Source: Gemmatimonadota bacterium (lineage in GTDB: Bacteria; Gemmatimonadota; Gemmatimonadetes; Gemmatimonadales; GWC2-71-9). From it: 64,000 nucleotides of DNA. The DNA is taken from the NCBI GenBank assembly GCA_039588295.1, contig JBDHAB010000001.1:1-64000 (forward strand), given 5' to 3'. Numbering within the stretch: the first letter of the stretch is position 1; every line of letters starts with the position of its first letter. Shown here one piece after another: positions 1-9,789 of this stretch. Below the pieces are notes generated by a model that was not told the DNA's origin, did no database searches, and saw only the letters and a list, made by a program, of their open reading frames with translations. Both the position numbers and the translations under genes were made by a program.

Positions 1-381
1 GTGCTCCCACGATCGACGGCGCGACCTCGCCGGCTCGAGATCACGGCCGACGGTGCAGTGTGGTTCGTGGACTATGCCGGTGGCTTCCTGGGTCGCCTCG
101 ATACCTCGACTGGAGCGGTACGCGAGTGGGCCACACCCAGCGGCACGTCTGCGCGCCCCTACGCTACCGCGTTGGACGACAAAGGTCGCATCTGGTTCGT
201 TGAATCCGGGCCGGATCCGAATCAGTTTGTGGGCTTCGACCCCGCCACCGAGAAGTTCTTCAGCGTCACGCCAATCGGGAGCGGCGGGGGAACGGTGCGG
301 CACATGCACTTCCACCCGCCCACCCGGACCATCTGGTTCGGCACGGACACCAACACGATCGGCCGGGCAACCGTGCCGTGA
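1..381 (+). CDS. Vgb (virginiamycin B lyase)-like beta-propeller protein, 5'-truncated by window edge
   Basis: Repeated propeller blades (DGAVWF, GRIWFVE, TIWFGT; GRLD/GFDP) typical of the Vgb family. Confidence 0.7.
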   Translation: MLPRSTARPRRLEITADGAVWFVDYAGGFLGRLDTSTGAVREWATPSGTSARPYATALDDKGRIWFVESGPDPNQFVGFDPATEKFFSVTPIGSGGGTVRHMHFHPPTRTIWFGTDTNTIGRATVP

Positions 382-947
382 AGCGGGCAGCCGGCGCAGG
401 TGCCCTTGCAGCCGCTGCCGCGGTCGCCCTCGTTGGGATTGCCGGAGCGACCGCCTATGGCGATGGCCCTCCACCCGGCCACACCGGCGGGTTTGGAGAG
501 CCCACGTGCGAACGGTGCCACTCAGGGCAACCCATCAACGATGTGGATGGCGCCGTGGGGCTTTCAGGGGCGCCACCGGCCTACGATCCTGGGAGGACAT
601 ACCGACTCACCGTGTGGCTCGCGCGACCGGCGCTTCGCAGAGCAGGTTTCCAGCTCTCCGCCAGATTCGTGAACGGGGAACACGCCGGCCATCTCGCACG
701 ACTCGACGAAACAACTCGAGTCACGGACCCGTCGACCTCTCCGGTGCGTTACATCCAGCACACCCGGACCGGGAGTGATGTAGCGGTGGTGGATACCGCA
801 CGATGGACGTTCCGGTGGACCGCTCCCACCCGACCCGACACCGTCGTGTTCCACCTCTCCGCGAACGCGAGCAACGACGACGCATCAGAGTTCGGGGATT
901 ACGTCTACCTCGCCAGTCGACCGATCCATGCCGTCACCCGTCCTTGA
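378..947 (+). CDS. Secreted Reeler/choice-of-anchor V-like domain protein with a CxxCH motif
   Basis: Signal peptide; GHTGGFGEPTCERCH; GFQL; WTFRWTAP; overlaps upstream stop (GTGA). Confidence 0.6.
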   Translation: MKRAAGAGALAAAAAVALVGIAGATAYGDGPPPGHTGGFGEPTCERCHSGQPINDVDGAVGLSGAPPAYDPGRTYRLTVWLARPALRRAGFQLSARFVNGEHAGHLARLDETTRVTDPSTSPVRYIQHTRTGSDVAVVDTARWTFRWTAPTRPDTVVFHLSANASNDDASEFGDYVYLASRPIHAVTRP

Positions 948-1034
948 CCGCGCGCCAGCCGATCCTCATATCTCCACTGCTTGAGAGCCGCACAAGGGAG
1001 CTCTCGCCGCTCACCCACCTGCCGAGAGGCTATC

Positions 1035-3182
1035 ATGACTAATCGTTGCGGATTCGCGGGACTCGTTGTCCTCGCGGTTTCGTCATCTTTCCCAATGGGA
1101 GCTATGGCACAGCAGCAAACTCAACTGACGGCCCCACCCGTGGCGAGACGGATTCCGGAGCGGCTCGAGACGCATGAGCATGTCCGGATCGACGACTACT
1201 ACTGGCTCAACCAGCGCGAGAACCCCGGGGTGATCGCCTACCTCGAAGCTGAGAACGCGTGGACCGAGCAGGTTATGTCGCACACCAAGGACCTACAGGA
1301 CGCACTCTTCGAGGAGATCAAGGGCCGCATCAAGCAGACCGACGAATCGGTCCCCTATCTACGGGACGGTTACTGGTACTACACGCGGTACGAGGAGGGG
1401 AAGCAGTACGCGATCTACTGTAGGCGAAAGGGCGTGATGGCGGCGCCCGAGGAGGTCATGCTCGACGCCAACCAACTCGCCGAGGGCCACGGCTTCTTCG
1501 CCGTCGGCAACTGGAGCGTGAGCGCCGGCAACGACATCCTGGCCTACGCCTCTGACACGGTCGGGCGCCGCATCTATACCGTCCAGTTCAAGAACCTGGA
1601 CACGGGAGCGCTGTACCCCGATGTCATCGACTCCGTCACTTCGAACCTCGCTTGGGCAACCGACAACAAGACCCTGTTTTACTCCAAGCAAGATCCGGAG
1701 ACACTGCGATCCTCCCGGATCTTCCGTCACGTCCTCGGCACAGATGCGGCGGCGGATGAGCTCGTCTACGAAGAGGCCGACGAGGAGTTTTCGAGCTACG
1801 TGTTCCGCACCAAGTCGAAGCGATACATGATGATCGCCTCCTTTCAGACGCTGAGCAGCGAGTACCGTTATCTGGATGCCGACACCCCGGACGGCACGTT
1901 CACGGTGTTCCTGCCGAGGGAGCGCGATCACGAATACCAAGTCGACCACTACGCGGACCGCTTTTACATCCTCACCAATGACGGTGCAAAGAACTTCCGT
2001 CTGATGAGCACCCCCGTCGATCACACGGGGAAGGAGCACTGGTCCGAGGTCATCCCCCATCGAGACGACGTACTGCTGGAAGGATTCGAGATCTTCAAGG
2101 ACCATCTGGTGGTCAGCGAACGGAAACAGGGTCTGGTCCAGCTGCGAGTCCGCCGCTGGGACGGGACGACCGAGCACTACCTGGACTTCGGTGAGCCGGC
2201 GTACCTGGCTTATGTCAGCATCAATCCGGAGTTCGACACGAAGGTGCTCCGCTATGGCTATACCTCCATGACCACGCCTAACTCCACCTACGACTACAAC
2301 ATGGAGTCCCGGGAGAAGACGCTCCTCAAACAGGACGAAGTCCTGGGCGGCTTCAGCGCGGATCACTACGTCACGGAACGACTCTACGCGGAGGCGGCGG
2401 ATGGGACGCGAGTTCCCGTCTCGCTGGTCTACCGCACGGACGTACGCAGCGAGGGACCCAACCCGCTCCTGCTGTATGCCTATGGCTCCTATGGAGCCAG
2501 CATGGATGCGACGTTCAGCTCGTCACGTCTCAGCCTCCTCGACCGCGGCTTCATTTATGCCATCGCCCACGTGCGCGGCGGGTCGGAGATGGGACGCTGG
2601 TGGTATGAGGACGGGAAGCTGCTCAAGAAGAAGAACACGTTCACCGACTTCATCGATTGCGCGAAGTTTCTGATCGACGCGGGCTACACAGCTTCCGACA
2701 TGCTGTATGCCCAGGGCGGGAGCGCGGGCGGACTGCTCATGGGCGCGATCACCAACATGCGGCCGGATCTCTTCCACGGTGTGGTCACGCGGGTTCCGTT
2801 CGTCGACGTCGTGACGACGATGCTGGACGAGAGCATCCCGCTCACTACGAGCGAGTACGACGAGTGGGGCAATCCGAATGAGAAGGAGTCTTACGACTAC
2901 ATCCTGTCGTACTCACCGTACGACAACGTCGAGGCAAAGGATTACCCGAACCTGCTGGTGACCACCGGCCTCCACGATTCGCAAGTGCAATACTGGGAGC
3001 CCGCGAAGTGGGTCGCGAGACTGCGGGCGCGGAAGACCGACGACAATCGACTTCTGCTCAAAACCAACATGGAGGCCGGGCACGGTGGGGCCTCGGGGAG
3101 GTTCCGGCGGTACCGAGAAACCGCCTTCATGTACGCGTTTCTGTTGGATCTGGCGGGGCTGACTGGACGACCGGGCACCTGA
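1035..3182 (+). CDS. ptrB: Oligopeptidase B (S9A), exported
   Basis: DDYYWL N-terminus, YGSYG, HVRGG, GGSAGG nucleophile, HDSQV, GHGG; signal peptide; GAGG before ATG 1035. Confidence 0.92.
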   Translation: MTNRCGFAGLVVLAVSSSFPMGAMAQQQTQLTAPPVARRIPERLETHEHVRIDDYYWLNQRENPGVIAYLEAENAWTEQVMSHTKDLQDALFEEIKGRIKQTDESVPYLRDGYWYYTRYEEGKQYAIYCRRKGVMAAPEEVMLDANQLAEGHGFFAVGNWSVSAGNDILAYASDTVGRRIYTVQFKNLDTGALYPDVIDSVTSNLAWATDNKTLFYSKQDPETLRSSRIFRHVLGTDAAADELVYEEADEEFSSYVFRTKSKRYMMIASFQTLSSEYRYLDADTPDGTFTVFLPRERDHEYQVDHYADRFYILTNDGAKNFRLMSTPVDHTGKEHWSEVIPHRDDVLLEGFEIFKDHLVVSERKQGLVQLRVRRWDGTTEHYLDFGEPAYLAYVSINPEFDTKVLRYGYTSMTTPNSTYDYNMESREKTLLKQDEVLGGFSADHYVTERLYAEAADGTRVPVSLVYRTDVRSEGPNPLLLYAYGSYGASMDATFSSSRLSLLDRGFIYAIAHVRGGSEMGRWWYEDGKLLKKKNTFTDFIDCAKFLIDAGYTASDMLYAQGGSAGGLLMGAITNMRPDLFHGVVTRVPFVDVVTTMLDESIPLTTSEYDEWGNPNEKESYDYILSYSPYDNVEAKDYPNLLVTTGLHDSQVQYWEPAKWVARLRARKTDDNRLLLKTNMEAGHGGASGRFRRYRETAFMYAFLLDLAGLTGRPGT

Positions 3183-3207
3183 GCGGGGTCAGCTTCTCCG
3201 TGAAGAG

Positions 3208-3240
3208 AGGCCTGGCGCCGCAGTGGCGCCAGGCCTTTGC
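3208..3240. terminator. Hairpin between convergent genes, probable intrinsic terminator
   Basis: AGGCCTGGCGCC-GCAGT-GGCGCCAGGCCT 12-bp perfect stem followed by TTGC. Confidence 0.6.
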
Positions 3241-3281
3241 TCGTCGCTCCGAGGTGGGCGACAGCGATCCCGTGACGCTCC

Positions 3282-4418
3282 TCAGCGGCCGAGGGCGGAC
3301 CGGATATCTCCAGGCAGCGCGTCCTCGTGCACCAGGATCGCGATCGTCTTGGCCCGAACGTAGGACTCGGACATGTAAATGAACCCGTCTTTCGGCCCGG
3401 TCTCACCCCACGAATTCTTAGTGATGTAATACTCGATCCCGCGCTGGTCGCGCGCGATCCCTGTGATATGCATCAGGTGGTCGTCGGAGGACGAGTAGTC
3501 GTCGAATCCGCGCTGCCGCCGCGCCTGGGTTACTTCGATCTCTGCTTCCGGTGCATCGCACAAGGTCCGACGCTCGTCCGCGCTGCGGGCGGCCCACTGA
3601 TTCACCGGCCAGATCGCCACTCCCTTGCCCTGGCAAAAACTCCGCTCGCTCACGTCACCATCCCATGCTACGGAGAAGCCATGCTCGAGGGCGTGGTCCA
3701 TGACCCCGATGAGCTGCTCCAGCGGCACGTTGTAGCTCTGGTTTCGCGCCCAGTTATCGGGAATCTCGATTGCGAACCGGTCACCGAACGGATGGTGCGA
3801 GAAAGACGTGAGTTCCACGTATGCCTCAGGGTCGACACCCAATACCGCCGCAAACGACTTGGGGGTGTGAATCTCGCCGTTGTAGGTGAACTCGTTGGGA
3901 GTCGCTCCGAGGTAGGCATCGAGAATGCCGCCCACGGCATCCTCCCAAACCGGGCTCAGCGCGCCGCCTTTCTCGACCAGTGCATCCACCGCGCCTTTGA
4001 GGACCGTGTGCAGCTCACTGTGATCGTGTTGCTCCGCACCGTAGCGCCGGCCCGGGTACACGGATTCCGGAACCAGGCCGTAGAGCCCGATAGCACGCGT
4101 GACGTCCTGCGCGAGGCTCCCCTGCCCCAGCGCGGCACGACCATGCATGCGCACGTAGTTCTCGACCTTCTGTGGGTAGTTCATTCGCACGAAGTACATC
4201 TCCGAGAGGTCGAGCGGCCCCTTACCCATCCGTATGAGTTCAGTCTCGACGAACGAGCTGGTCGCGAAACTCCAGCACGTTCCGGTTCGTGCTTGATTCT
4301 TGACCGATGTGGTCGTGACATCCTGCACGATGTCAAAGCTGAATCCTTCCTGCTGGGCACGTACGTTCCCGGTAACGAACAGCGAGCACGCCAACACTGC
4401 CAAACACGTCCGCATCAT
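3282..4418 (-). CDS. C1 family cysteine aminopeptidase (PepC/bleomycin hydrolase-like), exported
   Basis: QARTGTCWSF catalytic Cys, DDHLMHITG His, KNSWG Asn; signal peptide. Confidence 0.88.
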   Translation of the reverse strand: MMRTCLAVLACSLFVTGNVRAQQEGFSFDIVQDVTTTSVKNQARTGTCWSFATSSFVETELIRMGKGPLDLSEMYFVRMNYPQKVENYVRMHGRAALGQGSLAQDVTRAIGLYGLVPESVYPGRRYGAEQHDHSELHTVLKGAVDALVEKGGALSPVWEDAVGGILDAYLGATPNEFTYNGEIHTPKSFAAVLGVDPEAYVELTSFSHHPFGDRFAIEIPDNWARNQSYNVPLEQLIGVMDHALEHGFSVAWDGDVSERSFCQGKGVAIWPVNQWAARSADERRTLCDAPEAEIEVTQARRQRGFDDYSSSDDHLMHITGIARDQRGIEYYITKNSWGETGPKDGFIYMSESYVRAKTIAILVHEDALPGDIRSALGR

Positions 4419-4742
4419 CTCACCCCTACCGGTTCGAGTTCCGGTCCCGCCCGCACAGGGCGGTAGTGCGCGAAGTCCCTAAATCGGGAACCGGCGGGTG
4501 AAGGACCGGTGAAGGAGGGATGAAGATTCAAACGCCAGATGTTCCGGCTCGGACCTCGGCGTCGGGGTCGAACCACGCGTGGCCGCAGTCGTTGCAGTGA
4601 AGGTTGGGATCGCTCATAGAGATACAGCCGCTGCCGACCCAACTGCGCCGACCTCGGCCTGGCGGCGAAGTTCGGGGTGCTGAGTGGCGGCTGGAATCTA
4701 CGACCGTGCCTGTCGGCCTGCCGTCTCGCCAGGTAGGTTTCC

Positions 4743-5069
4743 ATGATGCCAGACGACCCTCGGCCCAGCCAGCGAAGTAGCCAGCCCCTACTGGACGCCC
4801 TCGGCAAGTCCATCATGGAGGGGAGAGAGGCTACCCAATTCCTCTGGCAGGTGCCAGACGACGCTGGCACCCGCGAGAAGCTCGTCGGGCTCCTCGAGCA
4901 GATTCGCGATCTTTCGGCCAAGAAAGGGCGGAAGGAGATGCCACGCATCTGCGAGGAGCTGCTCACCGCACTTCGGGCAAGCGCCACTCCGCAGCAAGTG
5001 GATCTCCTCCAGGATGGGTTCGACCGGCTCTACAGGCTCTGGGAGGCGGCGAAGTCAGGTCTGATCTGA
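4743..5069 (+). CDS. Hypothetical helical protein
   Basis: 108-aa ORF with protein-like composition filling the gap; no motif recognised. Confidence 0.6.
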   Translation: MMPDDPRPSQRSSQPLLDALGKSIMEGREATQFLWQVPDDAGTREKLVGLLEQIRDLSAKKGRKEMPRICEELLTALRASATPQQVDLLQDGFDRLYRLWEAAKSGLI

Positions 5070-5096
5070 GAAACCGCCGACTCTGCGCCGCGCCGC

Positions 5097-5306
5097 CTAG
5101 CTACTCGCCTCAGCCTTCTTGTTACCGTTTCTGACCAGGAGCCGGTAGATCCAGTACGCCGCCAGGACGATGAGCGCGATCTTCAGTACGGTCCACACGA
5201 CGCCGAGCACGACACCGAGAATGGGGAAGAGAAAGCCCCACAGCACCTGCCAAAGGACGTAGCCGCCCACACCGACGGCCGCGACTGCCAGTATCGGTCG
5301 CAACAT
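5097..5306 (-). CDS. Small membrane protein
   Basis: Hydrophobic segments then basic tail (MLRPILAVAAVGVGGYVLWQ...RNGNKKAEASS). Confidence 0.6.
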   Translation of the reverse strand: MLRPILAVAAVGVGGYVLWQVLWGFLFPILGVVLGVVWTVLKIALIVLAAYWIYRLLVRNGNKKAEASS

Positions 5307-5440
5307 CAGGAGATACCCCACTGCTAGATTCCGCACTACCGTACGATCCAACCCCCTAAAGGGTTTCGAACTACCTTCGCTTGACGGTGGCTTGACACCC
5401 GCGGGCGGATCGTCCGCCCAGATCCTAGAAGGAGTGCACA

Positions 5441-6421
5441 ATGCGCGCAGTCGTGACCGGAGGAGCAGGGTTCATCGGGAGCCACCTTATCGAGGCCCTC
5501 CTCCAACGGGGTGACGAGGTCGTCTGCATCGAGCGGCCGAACGCGGACACGCGCTGGATCGAGCACCTGCCACTCGAGTACCGCAATGACGATCTCACCG
5601 AAATACACCGACTTGCGGCGGACATCGACGGTGCCGATGTCGTCTACCACCTGGCAGGCCTGACGCAGGCGCGGAAAGCCGCCGACTACTATCGGGTCAA
5701 TACGGAGGGTACGGCGCGCGTGCTGCAGGCGGCTGCCCGCTACAATGGCGCGGAGCCCCGGGTGGTACTCGCCTCGTCGCTCGCTGCCGTCGGGCCGTGT
5801 CAGAATGGTGCAGCCATCTCACTCGACGACGTTCCCCGTCCGCTGTCCCACTACGGGCACTCGAAGCTGCTCGCGGAGGTCATGGTGCACGCCTTCGCCG
5901 ACCGGGTGCCCGCGGTGATCCTCCGACTCGCAGCCGTCTACGGCCCCCGAGAGCGCGCGGTGCTCAAGTTCTTCCAGCTCGTGCAACGCGGGTTGGCGCT
6001 GACCGTTGGCGCTTGGAATCGCGAGGTCAGCATGCTCTACGTGACCGACCTCGTGCAAGGTCTCATTGCAGCCGGCACGAGCGCCGAAGCGGTGGGCCGT
6101 ACTTACTACCTCGCACATCCCACACCCCTCTCATGGCGTGACTTCGCCAACGCTGTAGGGCAGGAACTCGATCGTCGCCCGGTGTTCGTGAGCGTGCCAC
6201 GGTCGATAGCGCGCGCCGTCGCGATCGGCGCCGAAATGAGCGCCTGGGTCCGCCGCTCGGCGGCGATCCTCAATCGAGAGCGGGTGCGCGAGATCACGCA
6301 GTCGCGCTGGGTGTGTGATGTGACGCGCTCGATCACAGAGTTGGGATTCCGACCGGTCTTTCCTCTTCAGCGCGGCGTGCATGAGACGGCCGCTTGGTAC
6401 CGGGAGGCAGGGTGGATCTGA
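5441..6421 (+). CDS. NAD-dependent epimerase/dehydratase (extended SDR)
   Basis: TGGAGFIG, HLAG, YGHSK (YxxxK), VYGP; AAGGAG RBS. Confidence 0.88.
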   Translation: MRAVVTGGAGFIGSHLIEALLQRGDEVVCIERPNADTRWIEHLPLEYRNDDLTEIHRLAADIDGADVVYHLAGLTQARKAADYYRVNTEGTARVLQAAARYNGAEPRVVLASSLAAVGPCQNGAAISLDDVPRPLSHYGHSKLLAEVMVHAFADRVPAVILRLAAVYGPRERAVLKFFQLVQRGLALTVGAWNREVSMLYVTDLVQGLIAAGTSAEAVGRTYYLAHPTPLSWRDFANAVGQELDRRPVFVSVPRSIARAVAIGAEMSAWVRRSAAILNRERVREITQSRWVCDVTRSITELGFRPVFPLQRGVHETAAWYREAGWI

Positions 6422-7347
6422 CACGCACCCTTCGTCCGGTGGATCGTTGGCTCATACTCTACAATCTGGGCTTTGCAGTCCTTTGGCTCACCGCCATCGG
6501 GCGAGTCTCGTTCGCGCCCGTCATAGTGCTCGCGCACCTGGCCGCTGCAGTCCTTCCGGCGCTCATGACTCGATTGACGCCGCAGGCTACGCGCATCGGG
6601 CCAGTGCTGCGACAGATCTACCCGCTCATCCTGATCGTCGGGTTTTGGACCGAGATGGGATTGGTTCGCGACGTCTTCCACGCGACGACGTACGACGCCG
6701 CCGTCGCTGCGATCGATCGGAGCCTCCTCGGCTTCCACCTCCAGACCAGGTGGATGCCGGCGATGCCTGCCGTGTGGTTCAGCGAGACGATGTTCTTCCT
6801 GTACGTCCTGTACTATCCGATGGTCTTCCTCACACCCGTCGTGCTGGCGCTTCGTGGGAACGCTGCGACGCGCAACGTGGTGTTCCGGTTGACACTGGGG
6901 TACACGGTTTGCTACGTCCTGTACGCCATGTTCCCCGTGGACGGCCCGAGCCACACCATGGTTCGGTTTGACGGCGCCCTCACCGAGGGCTTCTTCTACC
7001 AATTTTCCGCGGGTGCAATCCACGCAGGCGACTCAATGGGCACGGCATTCCCCAGTTCGCACGTCGTGGGAGCGGTGATAATGGCGCTGCTGGCATTCCG
7101 GTGGTTCGCGCGACCGCTCGCCGCTCTGTTCGTGTTCGAAGCCATCGGGGTCGTTGTATCCGCCGTGTATACGCAGAATCACTTCGCGATCGACGTCGTC
7201 GCGGGAATACTGCTCGCGGTCGTAGTCTACTCGCTCGTAGCACCAACGCTGGAGGCGCTGCTCACAAGAGCCGATCGACGCGAGTCCGTACCACCCCTGC
7301 CAGTCTACGGACCTGCGCAGTGGGACGACGTCCCAACAAGAGAGTGA
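6412..7347 (+). CDS. PAP2-family membrane protein, Aur1/inositol-phosphorylceramide synthase-like
   Basis: Multiple TM helices, FPVDGP, AFPSSH, NHFAID motifs; GGGAGG before GTG 6412 overlapping upstream gene. Confidence 0.72.
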   Translation: MDLTRTLRPVDRWLILYNLGFAVLWLTAIGRVSFAPVIVLAHLAAAVLPALMTRLTPQATRIGPVLRQIYPLILIVGFWTEMGLVRDVFHATTYDAAVAAIDRSLLGFHLQTRWMPAMPAVWFSETMFFLYVLYYPMVFLTPVVLALRGNAATRNVVFRLTLGYTVCYVLYAMFPVDGPSHTMVRFDGALTEGFFYQFSAGAIHAGDSMGTAFPSSHVVGAVIMALLAFRWFARPLAALFVFEAIGVVVSAVYTQNHFAIDVVAGILLAVVVYSLVAPTLEALLTRADRRESVPPLPVYGPAQWDDVPTRE

Positions 7348-7451
7348 CGATGCGTCGTCCGCCGCTCCTCCCCAGCCACCTGCTTGCCGGTTGACGGCGA
7401 GCAGGTCGCGCTCGAAGGCGCGATGCCGAGCTGTCGACAGCAGCTCGGTGA

Positions 7452-8435
7452 CTAGAAGACGTCCAGATCCACTCCGAACTCCATCGGACCGGCGTATCCA
7501 CCCTGAAGCTCACGCACGAGCTCTTCCGGAGTGGAACCCCATAACAATTGATGGTACAGGACGAGGAGCCTGGGGCGCGCCCGACGAGCGATCGACGCGA
7601 GTTGGCTCGCCGACGTGTGGGCGTGCGCGTGATACCGCTGCCACTCGGGTGTCCGCCGCGCGAATCCGGCATCGGAGTAGACTTCGTGCACCAGCACGTC
7701 ACACCCGTTGCACGCGAGCGCGACGCTCTCCGTCGGTCTTGTGTCACCGGAAATCACGATCACCCTGTCGGATGTCTCGAAGCGAAACCCATAGGCCTCC
7801 GGCCAGTCTTCGTGCTGCACCGCGAACGCGGTCACGACGACATTGGTGTCACGGTAGACGACGCCAGGAGCGATCTCGTGAACCTCGACGTCGTGACCTG
7901 TGGCGTTCTGCGGCTGCAGCCCGTCGATGCGACGCCGGACATCGGCCTCGTACGCGGCAAGTAGATGCCGCGTCATCACGGCAGTACCTGTCGGTCCGTA
8001 CACATCGAGTGGTCGCTCACGCTCGAGCACCCACGGGGTGAGTATCAGATCGGGCAGGCCGACCGTATGATCGCTGTGGAGGTGGGTGAGAAAGACGCGC
8101 TCGAGACGACCCGGCACCAGTGCAACCATGCCGCGGGCCGCCGCCGCCGCCGCCTGACGCACGACACCCGGCCCGGCATCCACCAGATACGCGGAGCCGT
8201 TCGCGACCACCGCCAGACTCGGCCCCGACCGGTCCGGCTCGGCGTTCGGCGTACCGGTACCGAGAAGAACGACATGGGTCCCGGTGCTGTAATCGGGCAC
8301 TTCGGTCACCGGAGGCTCCACCGCACACCCCCAGCAGCCCACCGCCACCGCAACCGCGACACCGTAGAGAGCGCTCGGCACGGTCTCCCGCCGCCCACCT
8401 AGCGGCGAGGAATACCAGCGACGGCTCAATCCCAT
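7452..8435 (-). CDS. MBL-fold metallo-hydrolase (RNase Z/AtsA-like), probably exported; start uncertain (8435 or 8381)
   Basis: LLGTGTP, LVDAG, THLHSDH, SGDT, HE, HTS motifs. Confidence 0.82.
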   Translation of the reverse strand: MGLSRRWYSSPLGGRRETVPSALYGVAVAVAVGCWGCAVEPPVTEVPDYSTGTHVVLLGTGTPNAEPDRSGPSLAVVANGSAYLVDAGPGVVRQAAAAAARGMVALVPGRLERVFLTHLHSDHTVGLPDLILTPWVLERERPLDVYGPTGTAVMTRHLLAAYEADVRRRIDGLQPQNATGHDVEVHEIAPGVVYRDTNVVVTAFAVQHEDWPEAYGFRFETSDRVIVISGDTRPTESVALACNGCDVLVHEVYSDAGFARRTPEWQRYHAHAHTSASQLASIARRARPRLLVLYHQLLWGSTPEELVRELQGGYAGPMEFGVDLDVF

Positions 8436-8662
8436 AGGCCTCCCATATCGCCTTCCGTGATAGCTACGCGCAAGAGACAGGCGTTCGCAACTGAAGGAAG
8501 TCACCACAGGCCTCACACCAGACTGGCAATCTCCGGCTCTCCTTCCCATGTTGAGAATGCTCACGCGTCGTCATCCGATCTCAGGGTGCCACCACAGCCG
8601 CTCGGATGTCGACCTGGCGTTCGACCCCACGACGCAGTGTCGGCGACCGTTGGGGGGGGTAC

Positions 8663-9094
8663 GTGACCATTGCGATCACCGGTGATACCGTAAAGGTCCA
8701 CTACACCGGCAGTCTCGACGACGGAACCGTCTTTGACTCGTCGTCCGACCGCGAACCGATCGAGTTCACGATCGGCGACCACGCGGTGATTCAAGGATTC
8801 GAGGACGCCGTGCTCGGGATGCGCGTCGGGAGCAGGAGGCGCGTTGTCGTCGCCCCTGAGGACGCCTACGGCCCTCACCTGAAGAACAAGATCTTTGTCG
8901 TGGATCGGTCACAGCTCCCCGACGAGGTCGAGCCGGCAGCCGGCATGATGCTGGAAGGGCGATCACCCGAGGGCAACGTCGTCTTCATCATCGTCGAGGT
9001 GAGCGGCGACCAGGTCACCCTTGACGGCAATCACCCGCTGGCCGGACACCAGCTCACGTTCGAATTGGAGATGCAGGAGATCGTTCGGCCCTGA
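8663..9094 (+). CDS. FKBP-type peptidyl-prolyl isomerase (SlyD/SlpA-like)
   Basis: VKVHYTG-LDDGTVFDSS, IQGFE, PEDAYG, DGNHPLAG. Confidence 0.9.
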   Translation: MTIAITGDTVKVHYTGSLDDGTVFDSSSDREPIEFTIGDHAVIQGFEDAVLGMRVGSRRRVVVAPEDAYGPHLKNKIFVVDRSQLPDEVEPAAGMMLEGRSPEGNVVFIIVEVSGDQVTLDGNHPLAGHQLTFELEMQEIVRP

Positions 9095-9183
9095 CGAGGC
9101 ACTCTCCAGCACGCTAGGCGCCGACCCGCGCCGGTTGCCGCAGTGGCGCCGTTCCAGCCCCCAAGACGTCTCGCCACCTCTCC

Positions 9184-9214
9184 ATGCAACCCTTTAGCAC
9201 CGATCACGCACTAA
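9184..9214 (+). promoter_or_regulatory. Candidate ECF promoter (autoregulatory)
   Basis: ATGCAACC-N19-CTAA, followed 6 nt later by in-frame GTG 9220; same spacing at 16138-16168(-) and 31108-31135(+). Confidence 0.55.
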
Positions 9215-9219
9215 CGGAT

Positions 9220-9789
9220 GTGACCGTGAAGCCCGGATTGGCAGAACCAGACGACAAGGCCCTGGCCGATCGCGTGTTGCGGGGCAGGGATGAGGGCGCG
9301 TTCCGCGCCCTGTACCGCCGGCATACACCGAGGCTGTTTCAGTTCGTTCTCAGGTTGCTCGGGGGGAACGAGCTGGATGCGGAGGACACCGTGCAGGACA
9401 CCTGGATCAAGGCCGCGGAGAACCTGGAGCAGTTCCGGTGGGAGTCGAGCCTCCACACGTGGCTGACCGGAATTGCCCTGAACCGCTGCCGGCAGCAGTT
9501 CAGGCGCCAGGACCGCAACTGGCTCGCGATTCGCGAGGACCTAGGTGTCGCGTCACGCAACGACCGGCCGCACGAGCGCATCGATCTCGACGCGGCATTG
9601 CAGGGACTACCCCCCGGGTATCGCACCGTCGTCGTGCTGCACGACGTGGAGGGCTACACGCACAAAGAGATCGCCGAGCGTCTCGCGATATCCGCGAATA
9701 CGTCGAAGAGCCAGCTCTCGCGCGCACGTCATGCGCTGCGGTCACGGCTGGCCCCCGGCGGAGAGCAGCAGATGAGGGTCGAGCAATGA
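9220..9789 (+). CDS. ECF RNA polymerase sigma factor (start 9220 if leaderless, otherwise 9184)
   Basis: DAED motif, TWLTGIALN, LHDVEGYTHKEIAE, SKSQLSRAR. Confidence 0.9.
   Translation: MTVKPGLAEPDDKALADRVLRGRDEGAFRALYRRHTPRLFQFVLRLLGGNELDAEDTVQDTWIKAAENLEQFRWESSLHTWLTGIALNRCRQQFRRQDRNWLAIREDLGVASRNDRPHERIDLDAALQGLPPGYRTVVVLHDVEGYTHKEIAERLAISANTSKSQLSRARHALRSRLAPGGEQQMRVEQ

Noticed and set aside
1359..4466. Long antisense ORFs (1359-2366 -, 3327-4466 +)
   Set aside because: Shadow frames of ptrB and the C1 peptidase, expected at high GC; no motifs
8652..8659. G8 tracts here and at 19972-19979 as phase-variation sites
   Set aside because: Short, intergenic, unremarkable at this GC; the first simply serves as an RBS region
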